Source of the DNA: Selaginella moellendorffii
Taxonomy: Eukaryota > Plantae > Lycopodiophyta
Direction of reading: 5' to 3'
Length of the DNA: 64,000 nt
Assembly (NCBI RefSeq): GCF_000143415.4
Contig: NW_003314285.1
Location: 523,370 to 587,369, forward strand
Below the pieces are notes generated by a model. That model had not been told where the DNA came from, made no database searches, and was given only the letters and a program-made list of their open reading frames with translations. Within the stretch, counting starts at the first letter, position 1; every line of letters begins with the position of its first letter. The translations under genes and the position numbers were made by a program. Positions 12,758 to 24,165 of this stretch are shown here, piece by piece.

Positions 12758-13185
12758 GCTTCAGAATCCTGTGTCCACTAGGGCATATATAGGATAATGT
12801 TATTAAATAATTGCTTTTAAAATACTGTAGGGAGTGGATACCAGCAGAAGAGAGCTCGATGAGATTTCTCTTTGACTATTCCCATCCTGGATAATAAGAT
12901 AGATAAATCTTGTCTTTCTTTCACTATTCCCATCTATTTTCCTATTCCAAAGGTTGGAATTAAAAGGTGTGGACAGTGCCTGGCTATAAGGGATTTCACC
13001 GTTCAGAATGCCGTTATGCTTAAAGAACCGATGCTGTCACGCTTTTCATTTGACTTGAATTTTTAGAAAATTGCCACATCACTGTCAAATCTTGACTAAT
13101 AGTGAGTAACTTTTCTTTGATTCTTTGAAGAAAGAAAGGGGTAAATGAAGGAAAACTCTTTATGAACAAAGGTTCATTTCTTACA

Positions 13186-13407
13186 GGGATCTCTGGATGT
13201 CGCTAGAACTTTGGACAGCCCTTTATAGGGAATTTGAGATTGTATGGGGACCGTCTAATGCAATCTATTTACCACTGTGGGGAGCGTCAAAGAAGCTCTG
13301 TGTGCGGCACTCGCAAGTGGAAACTGTGGACAAGCTCGACGTGAGGTACGAGCTGGCGAGCTCGTTTTGTAGCGCTGCCATCGCTGCTGCCGTGGCAAAT
13401 CCCATGG
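13186..13407 (+). pseudogene. Mitochondrial carrier exon-4 fragment
   Basis: VWGPSNAIYLPLWG...KLDVRYELASSFCSAAIAAAVANPM matches exon 5254-5500. Confidence 0.8.
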
Positions 13408-14075
13408 TAATTTTCAATGTTTTCTTATAGTCCCTTTTCTGGCCTACGAAGAGGTTAGTGAATCATCGAGGATTTTCCTGGTGATAATAAGAGATTAAGC
13501 AAAAATTGGATTAACGTCAGTAAAAAGAAGAATTCCATTCAATCCTCCCCGTTGATTCAGACTTCAAAGTCGTGACACGAGTGTTGAAATTTTCCAAGGC
13601 AAGGACGGAGCTGTATTTTGCCACGTACCATAGAAGACCGAAAGAGTGAAAATCAGTATGAGCATTATGCCAGAGGATGTTCTCATCAATGAACATGCAT
13701 AATTCCGCTTCCTCTTGATCTAGCAAGGAGGTGACATCTTCTGGCACTATAGCTGCTACCAATTCTTCAAAAACTTTGCTGCGCTTGCAACAACGCTTCT
13801 TCAAGTGAAAACCGTGGACAAGCTCGAGGTACGAGCTCACGAGCTTTGTAGCGCTGCCATCGCCATGGCACTTTCCTTCTTTGTTTCCAGAAGCTGATTA
13901 ACGTCAGTTTAAACATTTAAATTTGCAAATAAATTTGAATAACAACCCTAAGCCGTCTCTTTTTCTGCCGGTAACAACGTGGCTGATTCAGACTTAAAGT
14001 CGTTCAAACCCGTGAGTGTTGAAAATCTTACCCAGTTTTTCAATATAAATCAAGAGCAAGATATAGTGTCTCGCA

Positions 14076-14672
14076 ATGGCTCACTTTTGCAAGCTTCTCC
14101 TGCTACCATTGATTCTCCTTCCTCATATAACCCAGGCCATCACACAGCATCCACCCAACATAGTCATGGGAGGGGAGTGGTTGAATTCCATGCCTCAAGG
14201 TAATGAATTCAGGCCGGGAGTTTCGCAGCCTGTCAAGGAAGTCAACTTTAAGCGATGCAAGCCCAATGTGGATGTTGTTGAGTACCTCTATGCAGAAATT
14301 CGCAGGAGCGATCTGGGCGGAGGCACAAACACGAATCAGGCAATGCGAGACTGGGTAGCCGAAATTGGTATCAAGGCGGCCAATGGGAAGAAGGGCGATC
14401 AAGCTGGTCACATTATCGGAAAGAACCAGGGAGGACTGGGAACTGTCAAGTGGAACATCTTCCCACAGAATGGCAACTTCAACATGGGGGCTTATGCACA
14501 GGATGTGGAGCGATTGGTGAGTGATGCCACCAAGACTAATGGTGAGGTAAAGATGTGGTTCCAGTTTGTGTATGGTGATCAGAACAACCCTTGCCGCCCC
14601 TCCAGCTTTAACTACTATCTGGTTGCCAACGACGTTACAGTCAATAACGCTTTGGCCAATCCAGTTCCTTGA
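14076..14672 (+). CDS. Secreted DNA/RNA non-specific endonuclease (His-Me finger, Endonuclease_NS_2-like), intact copy A, 198 aa
   Basis: Hydrophobic signal peptide (cleavage about TQA|IT). Motif DQAGHIIG..GG.G...NIFPQNGNFN.GAY...E...Y..RPSSF resembles the DRGH-type nuclease toxin domain. Intronless. Confidence 0.82.
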   Translation: MAHFCKLLLLPLILLPHITQAITQHPPNIVMGGEWLNSMPQGNEFRPGVSQPVKEVNFKRCKPNVDVVEYLYAEIRRSDLGGGTNTNQAMRDWVAEIGIKAANGKKGDQAGHIIGKNQGGLGTVKWNIFPQNGNFNMGAYAQDVERLVSDATKTNGEVKMWFQFVYGDQNNPCRPSSFNYYLVANDVTVNNALANPVP

Positions 14673-15109
14673 CTAGAGCGAAGATAATGCAGAGCTACTT
14701 CTCAAGAGTACTTGCTCTTAACTAGCTCAATAAGTCAATACAAGCCACTTAATTAAAGTAGAACCAGACTCCTGTCTAGTTGTACAAATGCCCCCAGCTT
14801 GTGTGTCCTGACCAGCTCCTTGGAATCTTAAAAATAGAAGCTTATTGCTGCATAACAGGACAACTGTTTGATATTAGATGGCAGGCCTTGACTTGGCCAA
14901 TAACTTGCCACACCAGAAATTGCACTAAACAACACTTCAATGCATTATAAGCAAAATTGTTGGGCTATTAATACATTAATAACTTGATTAGGTGTTAGTA
15001 ATATTACAAAGTAATTTTTATTCCTGGGTTATTAAGCTAATAGATGATTTATAGAGCAATAACTTGATTAGGTTATTAGCTAAGATTCTTCAATTAAAAG
15101 AGCAAGGGA

Positions 15110-15620
15110 ATCTAGTAGAGATGGTTTTAATGATCTTTAAAAACCCAACCTCCAAAATCTGCTACTACAATGGAGAACAAATTGCTGAGATGAACATTTA
15201 CAAGTACCTAGCCTATTCTCTCCATTGAAGATGCACATGGAAAGAGGGAGTGAAAGACTGTGTCAAGGTAGCACAATTTGCTTATTACAGTTTCCAAACT
15301 AACTGCCATGAAATTACAGGTCCAAAACTTTCACAATGCATATGGGATATGCTAGAGGACTTGTTCATATACAAAAGTTGCAAATTTACCATACTCCATT
15401 CTTGTCTTGGAAAGTGGCCTTCTTCCAACGGAGATCCTTATGTGGATATATAGTTCTTTTTGTCAAAAGACACAAAGACAAATTGGCAGCTTAGTATAGG
15501 AGATTCCATCAACCTAATGTATGAAAAAAGGCAAATGGTAGAGTACAATTGGACAATGTGGTTAAGCCTAGATTTGGAACTTGTTATACGGGAACCCCTT
15601 GAGGACTACTCTATACGGAT
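15110..15620 (+). mobile_element. Degenerate non-LTR (LINE) RT C-terminal fragment; second partial copy at about 21815-22320
   Basis: Translates to YNGEQIAEMNIYKYLAY..TWKEGVKDCVKVAQ, similar to the LINE 'yKYLG' thumb motif. Many stops. Confidence 0.45.
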
Positions 15621-15885
15621 GGGTCACCACTGTTGCAGTGAATTTTAAATTCAAACAATAGTTTGGTGCGGAGAATGAATCCCGTGAACAATCAAACGCT
15701 CCACATCTCTTTGATGTAAGGATTTGACCTAATATGACCAACACAACTTCCCATTTTCTTCAATATTTTCCAAACTTGCAAACTTCAAAAATTCCAAATT
15801 CTCTTAAACCATGATGCACTTTTAATTTATGGAGGAAAGCAAAAGCTCCAGATATACAAAAGATGCCAATTAAGGCATATCAATT

Positions 15886-16479
15886 TCAGAATTTCAGGAT
15901 AGCCGCTTTGAGCTTCTGGATGGTGTCTGTGCCCACCTTGAAGGCCTTGGTTAGAACTTGATCTTCGATTCCAGACCCAAAGATGGTGGCGGGGATGGAA
16001 ACAGTGCCGGCATTGGAGCTCCCGAAGGCTGAGATGGCCTTGGCTGGGTACTGTGCTCCGTTGAATTGGAAGTGGACGAGACCCTTCGGAAACACGAACG
16101 CATCGCCCATCCCGAGCGTCTGGACAAAGAGCTTGTTGGTGGTGTCCAGCAGACCAACGGTGAGGGAGCCCTCTAAAACGTAGAGGAGCTCCGACGCCCG
16201 GGGATGGATGTGTGGGGGATTGACCGAGCTTGGCTGGAAGAAGAGCTGGGCCATGGAGACGCCCTGACCAGCAAGACCTGGGAATTCCACAAGCGATGCC
16301 TTCCTCACCATGAAAGCTCCTGGCGCAGCCCTGACATGGCCGCGAAAGGCAGTGAAAGTGAAGAAGCTCGCATTGGTGGCGGTGGGTTCAGCAGCGTAAT
16401 CTGAGACAAGTTCCGGGTCTGAGGCAAAAACTCCTACCGCGAGAAACAAAGAGCACACTAGCAAGTAAGCCATCGACAT
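15886..16479 (-). CDS. Germin-like protein, copy 2
   Basis: Close paralog of 10438-11034 with intact germin boxes. Confidence 0.93.
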   Translation of the reverse strand: MSMAYLLVCSLFLAVGVFASDPELVSDYAAEPTATNASFFTFTAFRGHVRAAPGAFMVRKASLVEFPGLAGQGVSMAQLFFQPSSVNPPHIHPRASELLYVLEGSLTVGLLDTTNKLFVQTLGMGDAFVFPKGLVHFQFNGAQYPAKAISAFGSSNAGTVSIPATIFGSGIEDQVLTKAFKVGTDTIQKLKAAILKF

Positions 16480-16793
16480 ATCTCTTGAACCTTTGTGATC
16501 TAAAGAGCTTTTCTTAGAAGTATCTATTGATTTGGAAGGCAAGTAGAGGAGGATGAATTCATGGCCAGAGTTGGAGGCTTTTATATTTGCAAAAGCCATA
16601 GCAGCTCCAAAGTTTACACAGATGCTAACGAAAAGCGCGTGTTCATTTGGCAGAATGAAGCAACTCGGCACACAAAACCTAGATGAAATTGTCTTTCACT
16701 ATTCCCAATCGTAAAGGGTTAAAAAGTGGGAATAAAGTTGCTTAATACCTTTGACTGTTAAGACAGAGATAGCCAGCTTTGATAAATGTCAAT

Positions 16794-16865
16794 GTCGTTG
16801 TAGTATACTGGTGAGTATTTCCGCCTGTCACGCGGACGACCCGGGTTCGATCCCCGGCAACGGCT
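16794..16865 (+). tRNA. tRNA-Asp(GTC)
   Basis: GTCGTTG/CAACGGC acceptor stem, TCCGC-CTGTCAC-GCGGA anticodon arm, GGTTCGATCC B box, upstream CAA and a downstream T-run. Position 73 is T rather than the usual G. Confidence 0.88.
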
Positions 16866-17089
16866 TTCTCTTTTCTTTTTGAAAATATTTAGGGCTAGTG
16901 AATCTTGGAAAAATAATGCTCACTGTCCGATGGTGTGTAGATTCTTTTGCTTGGGAACAAGAAGGAAAACAAGGAAACTCTATTGTTTCTTTGCAGCAGA
17001 GATTGAATCGAATGCCTTATAGCTGCGAGCATATTTCGTTCTTTTTAAATAAAAAAACGGAGAATAATGGCGATCTTTGTGTGTTTCTA

Positions 17090-17790
17090 TCAACGAGGTG
17101 GAACTGGCAGTGCCGTCTTTCAATGCTCTTTACACTATTGTCAGGATGGAGAACTCTCTACAAAGGATAGGCCACGATCACACAGATTTGCTTCTCACAG
17201 GCAATGTATACATATGGTCGTCTATCAATCCGCCAAGAAAATCGTTCCAGAATTCTAGCTTGGATTTTTCTCCTTTTTCTCTGTATTTGTGGTGGAAGTG
17301 ATTGGAGGATTCATGGCCAACAGCTTAGCGATTCTGGCCGACGCGGCACACTTGCTCTCCTTGTTTTCTTCCATTTCGTTTCCGCAGTGCAATTTGGAGG
17401 TGGATTAGCTGCCACTCTTATACGGCAGAGACAAATGGTGCAAGCTTTCAAGGCTGCTACAAGTTACTCTTTTTTCTACAAACAAAAGATGGAATTTGAT
17501 GACTTTTCGGATTCCTTACAGGGATCTTTGGATACCGGGCAAGAAGGAATGAGCTTCCTTTACCGGGGGTTTGCGTTATTGTATCATATAATGCAATATA
17601 TTTACCACCAAAGAAGTTCATCATCTGCGTCATGATCAAGACGAGGATCCAAGTCCAAGGCAAGAGCAATGTTTCGAGCTGTACGACTTACGCTGGGCCT
17701 GCAGATGCTGCGGCCGCAATCTAGAGAAACTAGGGATGGGGAGGTTTTGCGAGTGGAATCACGTCGAGGATTTTCTGGGTGGTATGATAA
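17090..17790 (+). pseudogene. Mitochondrial carrier pseudogene (unit 2); a further fragment lies at about 18740-19030
   Basis: AVQFGGGLAATLIRQRQMVQ and VMIKTRIQVQGKSNVS with frameshifts. Confidence 0.8.
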
Positions 17791-17857
17791 TCCTAAGGAA
17801 AGAATATTCATGCATGCCACGTGGAATTCCCTTATCCATCATCAACGGTGTTTCGCA

Positions 17858-18050
17858 ATGGGTCACTTTTGCAAGCTTCTCCTGCTACGTTGATTCTCCT
17901 CCCTCATATCGCCCAAGCCAGCGCAGCCAACATAGTCATGGGAGACTTGAGTTCCATGCCACGAGGGAATGAATTCAAGCAACTTTAAGTGATGCAAGCC
18001 CAACGTGGATGTTGTTGAGTATCTCTATGCAGAAATTTGCACAAGCGATC
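17858..18050 (+). pseudogene. Truncated copy of the secreted nuclease gene
   Basis: MGHFCKLLLL...NFK*CKPNVDVVEYLYAEI, truncated. Counterpart of the 12560 copy. Confidence 0.85.
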
Positions 18051-19231
18051 TCATACCAATGCTTCAGAAAATAGAAGTTTACTGTGTATACTAGCGCATA
18101 TAGATCCTTTTAAAATACTGTAGGGAGTGGCCCCAAAAACTTAAGACACACCCACTAAACTTTCATTTACAATTGCCAATGACTGGTGATGAATTTGTAA
18201 TAGTAATACATTTATTTTATGATATGAAGGGACTAACAATATTAAAATCAAAATGCTCCATAAGTTATTTAATTTTAAAGAGGAATTCTTAAATGATTAT
18301 TGTACTCTTTTTTGCAAAATCCTCAGCCTGAGCTGGAGGTTTTTATTTGCAGAAGCCATAGCAACTCCAAAGTGTGTACAAATGCTGGGAAAAATGAGTG
18401 TGTTCATGCAGAAGAGACCTGGATGAGATTTGTCCTTAACTATTCCCATCCTGGTAAGATAGATAAATTTTGTCTTTCTTCCATCTAGTTTCCTATTCCA
18501 AAGGTTGGAATTAAAAGGTGGATTCTAGAATATAAAGGCTTGAACTCTTAGAAAATTGGGTGCTTGAGATGTTCTAAGCTGGGACGCTAGTGGATGCTAG
18601 TGGATGGCATCATATCACTGTCAAATCTTGACTAATAGCTGCGCTTTAAGGCTATTTTGTATTGAATTCTTCTTTTCAATCTTTGGAATGTTCTTCCAAT
18701 ATTTTTTTTTTCTTCTGGAGAATAATGGTGCTCTTTGTTCAAGGGGCTGTGGCAATGCATATACAAAGGGCCTTTTGATGCTCTTTACACTATTGCCTTG
18801 TGAGAAGGATGGAGAACTCTGTACAAAGGATATGCCACACTGACACAGATTTGCTTCTCACAGGCAATGTATATGGGCAAAATTCGTTCCAGCTTTCTGG
18901 CTTGGATTTCTCTTTTTTTTCTCTCTCTATCTCCCTTTTTATTCTTTCTTCCATTTTGTTTCAAGGTGATGAAGATAATCCCACAGTGCGAGTGAATCAT
19001 CTAGGATTTGCTGGGTTGCTCCTGATAGTATGATAATAAGAGATTAAGAAAAGAATCTCCATAGTCAGTTAAAAGACGAGACAGGGTTGCCACGTAGAAT
19101 TCCATTCACTTCCTGGGACAATCCTGGCCGTTGATTTAGACTTAGAAGTCGTGACACGAGTGTTGAAATTTTCCACCCTCAATACAAATACCCACCCAAT
19201 ATCAAGAGGCCATCATCAACGGTGTTTCGCA

Positions 19232-19828
19232 ATGGCTCACTTGTGCAAGCTTCTTCTGCTACCGTTGATTCTCTTCCCTCATATCGCCCAGGCCATCACA
19301 CAGCGTCCAGCCAGCGTAATCATGGGAGGGGAGTGGGTGAATTCCATGCCGCGAGGGAATGAATTCAGGCCGGGAGTAGTGCAGCCCGTCAAGGAGGTCA
19401 ACTTTAAGCAATGCAAGCCCAACGTGGATGTTGTTGAGTATCTCTATGCAGAAATTCGCAGGAGCGATCTGGGCAGAGGTACAAATACGAATCCGGCAAT
19501 GCGAGACTGGGTAGCCCAGATTGGTATCAAGGCGGCGAACGGGAAGAAGGGCGATCAAGCTGGTCACATTATCGGGAAGAACCAGGGAGGATTGGGAACT
19601 GTGAAGTGGAACATTTTCCCACAGAATGGCAACTTCAATATGGGGGCTTATGCACAGAGTGTGGAGCGATTGGTGAGTGACGCCACCAAAACGAATGGTT
19701 TGGTGAAGATGTGGTTCCAGTTTGTGTATGGTGATCGGAACAACACTTGCCGCCCGTCCAGCTTTAAGTACTATCTGGTTGCCAACAACGTTACAATCAG
19801 TAATGCTTTGGCCAATCCAGTTCCTTGA
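19232..19828 (+). CDS. Secreted DNA/RNA non-specific endonuclease, intact copy B, 198 aa
   Basis: Same length as copy A with about 23 aa differences by eye. Signal peptide and catalytic motif are intact. Confidence 0.82.
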   Translation: MAHLCKLLLLPLILFPHIAQAITQRPASVIMGGEWVNSMPRGNEFRPGVVQPVKEVNFKQCKPNVDVVEYLYAEIRRSDLGRGTNTNPAMRDWVAQIGIKAANGKKGDQAGHIIGKNQGGLGTVKWNIFPQNGNFNMGAYAQSVERLVSDATKTNGLVKMWFQFVYGDRNNTCRPSSFKYYLVANNVTISNALANPVP

Positions 19829-20447
19829 AGCTAGGATGAGCCGTAAATAAAACGGCTAGTTCCAAGAACTAGCCCAATAAAAGTACTAAATCCGTGTACT
19901 CGTGTCTCGCTATACAAATGCCACCGGCTAACCATCTTTCTGCAGCTCCCCTTTCAGCACATACTCAAGTTATCAGATTTGCTACCATGGAAGACCTTAA
20001 GAGTGAAAATCAGTATTGCAGTCTTGAGAATTATGTGCAGAGGATGTTCTCATCAATGAACATGCATAGTTCCGCTTCCTCTTGATCTAGCAAAGAGGTG
20101 ACATCTTCTGGCACTCTAGCTGCTACCAATTCTTCAAAAACTTTGCTGCACTTGCAGCCACGCTTGGTTTCTGTGCACGGCACTCTCAAGTGAAAACCGT
20201 GGACAAGCTCGAGGTACGAGCTCACGAGTTCGTTTTGTAGTGCATCATGGTAGGCAGAAAGGATAAGTTTTTCCTACCAACGCCTTTTAGAAGAGACGGC
20301 TTAGGGTTGTTAACGTTTGCTTCTAACGTGGCACAACGTGGCCGTCGATTCAGACTTAAAGTTGTTCAAACCCGTGAGTGTTGAAAATCTGTACCCGGTT
20401 TCTCAATATAAATATCCAGCCAAGAGCAAGAGCAAGAGCAAGATATA

Positions 20448-20950
20448 AAGGGTCACTTATGCAAGATTCTCCTGCTACCATTGACTCTCCTTCCTCATGG
20501 GAGAGTCGCAGCCTGTCAAGGAGGTCAACTTTAAGCGATGCAAGCCCAATGTGGATGTCGTTGAGTATCTCTATGCAGAAATTCACAGGAGCGATCTGGG
20601 CAGAGGCACAAACACGAATCTGGCAATGCGAGACTGAGTAGCCGAGATTGCTATTAAGGCGGCCAATGAGAAGAAGGGCGATCAAGCTGGTCACATTATC
20701 GGAAAGAACCAGGGAGGACTGGGAACTGTCAAGTGGAACATCTTCCCACAGAATGGCAACTTCAACATGGGGGCTTATGCACAGAATGTGGAGCAATTCG
20801 TGAGTCCAAGACTAATGGTGTGGTAAAGATGTGGTTCCGGTTTGTGTATGGTGATCCGAACAACCCTTGCCGCCCCTCCAGCTTTAACTACTATCTGGTT
20901 GCCAATGACATTACAATCAGTAATGCTTTGCCCAATCCAGTTCCTTGTCT
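20448..20950 (+). pseudogene. Near full-length nuclease pseudogene
   Basis: ATG lost, N-terminal deletion, in-frame TGA at DW (gactgagta) and a frameshift before KTNG. It shares 5' and 3' flanks with copy A. Confidence 0.85.
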
Positions 20951-21439
20951 AGAGAGAAGATAATGCAGGGCTACTTCTCAAGAGTCGTAAATAAAACAGC
21001 TAGTACTACGCTCCTACTAGCCCAATAAGTCAATACAAGCCACTTAATTAAATTAGAACCAAGACTCTTGTCTAGTTGTACAAATGTCCCTAGCTTGTGT
21101 GTCTTGACCAGCTCCTTGGAATTCACAAAAATAGAAGTTTATTGTTGCATAGTAGGACAACTAAACTAATTATTCCATGTGAGCAATTAGTTATTCCTTT
21201 GTCTATGGATGCTCCACAAGGAGGAGCAATAAGGATAAAAATATACTTTATTCAAGGGTATATTATATTTTAAGTAGCCATTAATTAATGAAAATTAAAT
21301 CTTTACCATTTGCTCTAATACCATATGTAACATACCTTATCTTTCTTCCCTTAAACCAATTGGAAAAAGGGTAATTATTTGATAAAAGAGCCTTTAGTGC
21401 CTATTTTATTTCCATTTATCTCTTAAGGTTCCAAGAATC

Positions 21440-21715
21440 CACAGTGATAATATGTCCAAATTCTATCTCATAATCAGATGCACTACAATAATTTATGGGT
21501 ATAGTGGTTGAATAAGTAAATACCCAAATTTGTTGTAGTTAACAACGATTGGATGGTTTAGTGTTGCAATATAACTTCATATGAGCATAGATTTAATAAG
21601 ATCAATTTGGTGAACGCTAAGTTTTGAAATCAAATAGATGAGTTGATCAGGATTTCTATTGAGGGTCCATCTATAGACACCTTTAATTTTGATGCTGTAG
21701 TTCAAACATGAAAAA
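21440..21715 (+). mobile_element. Degenerate hAT transposase C-terminal (dimerisation) fragment
   Basis: Translates to ..DELIRISIEGPSIDTFNFDAVVQT*, similar to the hAT/ZNF862 C-terminus. Confidence 0.45.
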
Positions 21716-23325
21716 ATAGACTAACATATTAATATATTGACATATTTACACTAATTGATGTTTTAACCTTCCTTTTATATTAGCTATTTTAAGGATATTT
21801 TCGAAACTAAATTCTCACTAAAGGCATATGGAAAGAAGTGAAAGACTATATGAAGGTAGCACAATTGGCTTATTACAACTTTCAAGCTGACTACCACATC
21901 AAAGTTGTCATTAGCTAGAAAGCTAAACACTAGTGATAGCCAAGAAAACATTTTATGCAGCTAAGGTTGTTTCATGAATTTACAGGTCCAAGACTTCTAC
22001 AATGCATATGGGATATGCTAAAGGATTTGTTTATATACCAAGAGTTACAAGTTTAACATATACCATACACCATCCTTATCTTGGAAAATGACCTTCTTTC
22101 AATAGGAATTCTTTTATGGAAATGAACATTGTTTTTGTAAAGCTTTACAATAAAACCACCAAGATAAATTGGTAGCTCCAACTATAGGAGATTCCATCAA
22201 CTTAATATATGAAAAGAATGGCAAATGGTGGAGTGAGTTGCACAACTAGACAATATCATTAGGCTTAGACTTGGAACTTATTGTATAGGACTCCTTGATG
22301 TTTACTCCATATAAATAGCTTATTACCATTCTGGTGCCCATAGGCTTAAGGTAGAATAAAGGCATCATTATAAACTATACATCCCATGGGAAAACCAACT
22401 ATGCAAACAATGCACTCTAGGATAGGTGGAGGATGTTTTCCACCCCCTTTACCAAGGCCATTGTTACCAACATCTACATATGGCATTTCCTTGGTATGAG
22501 TAGGATCAAGTCTTCCTGTAAGACCAAGTCTCCCTACTTTAAGATTGCAATAGATAACATAAACGAAAAGAATAAAGGAATTAGCAAGGGAGTGCAATAC
22601 ACCCATGTAAATAGGGTCTCATGCTTCTTAGATGGGAATCTATATATAATGTGTATGTGTTTATATTATGAATTTTTGTAAGTTATAGCACTTGTTTTCC
22701 TATTCTTCTACTTAGTTCTTCCCAGCAAAGTCGGGGAACTACACTGAAAATCTAGATATAAAATTGTTAAGTCTAAAGATTTTACTAGAGCTTACAACAT
22801 GAATAGTCCATGTTTTTAAAACCTTTAAGACTCTTTGAAAAGCTTTTAATATTCACTTTCTTCAACTTGGAGTATTATCAAATACACAAAACAGAGAAAA
22901 ATTAAAATTGCAACTTTGATTTATTTATCTCCATATCTATGTATGTCCAAGATCTTTATCTGTTGGAAATGAAATGTATAAAAATTATTATGCCACTTTT
23001 TTCCCACATATGTTTAAATGCTTAAAAGCTAGTTTAGAAGGTGTACATGCTTGGATGTATAAGAAAATCAAGAAAGATTTAAAAACATATAACTAAAATA
23101 ATTTCATGGTGAAGAACAATATTCCATTATATCAATAAGTGCTATGGGATATTTAGGCTACTCTATAATGTAATGTGAGAGTCATAGTTTCTTTTTTATG
23201 TTATTATATTACCATTTTTAAAAAGAAAAAGAAAATGGTATTGATTGTAGGTATTGTTCTAGCCATAAGATTTATTATGTTTATAATGTCTTACTTTTGT
23301 AGAAATTTAGTTCATTATGAGTAAA

Positions 23326-24165
23326 NNNNNNNNNNNNNNNNNNNNNNNNNNNNNNNNNNNNNNNNNNNNNNNNNNNNNNNNNNNNNNNNNNNNNNNNNNN
23401 NNNNNNNNNNNNNNNNNNNNNNNNNNNNNNNNNNNNNNNNNNNNNNNNNNNNNNNNNNNNNNNNNNNNNNNNNNNNNNNNNNNNNNNNNNNNNNNNNNNN
23501 NNNNNNNNNNNNNNNNNNNNNNNNNNNNNNNNNNNNNNNNNNNNNNNNNNNNNNNNNNNNNNNNNNNNNNNNNNNNNNNNNNNNNNNNNNNNNNNNNNNN
23601 NNNNNNNNNNNNNNNNNNNNNNNNNNNNNNNNNNNNNNNNNNNNNNNNNNNNNNNNNNNNNNNNNNNNNNNNNNNNNNNNNNNNNNNNNNNNNNNNNNNN
23701 NNNNNNNNNNNNNNNNNNNNNNNNNNNNNNNNNNNNNNNNNNNNNNNNNNNNNNNNNNNNNNNNNNNNNNNNNNNNNNNNNNNNNNNNNNNNNNNNNNNN
23801 NNNNNNNNNNNNNNNNNNNNNNNNNNNNNNNNNNNNNNNNNNNNNNNNNNNNNNNNNNNNNNNNNNNNNNNNNNNNNNNNNNNNNNNNNNNNNNNNNNNN
23901 NNNNNNNNNNNNNNNNNNNNNNNNNNNNNNNNNNNNNNNNNNNNNNNNNNNNNNNNNNNNNNNNNNNNNNNNNNNNNNNNNNNNNNNNNNNNNNNNNNNN
24001 NNNNNNNNNNNNNNNNNNNNNNNNNNNNNNNNNNNNNNNNNNNNNNNNNNNNNNNNNNNNNNNNNNNNNNNNNNNNNNNNNNNNNNNNNNNNNNNNNNNN
24101 NNNNNNNNNNNNNNNNNNNNNNNNNNNNNNNNNNNNNNNNNNNNNNNNNNNNNNNNNNNNNNNNN
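23326..24165. other. Assembly gap (840 N)
   Basis: Run of N. Confidence 1.

Larger units (their letters stand above)
10167..22330. repeat. Tandem segmental duplication: unit 1 about 10167-15641, unit 2 about 15642-22330
   Basis: Collinear homologous anchors: 10167/15642 (ttttaaattcaaacaatagttt), germin, tRNA, 12815/18108, 13078/18613, 13549/19128, 13643/20001, 13980/20339, 14730/21025 and 15230/21822. Confidence 0.88.

Noticed and set aside
14076-14672. Bacterial contamination as the source of the nuclease
   Set aside because: Copies are interleaved with plant germin, tRNA and intron-containing pseudogenes, and decay alongside them.
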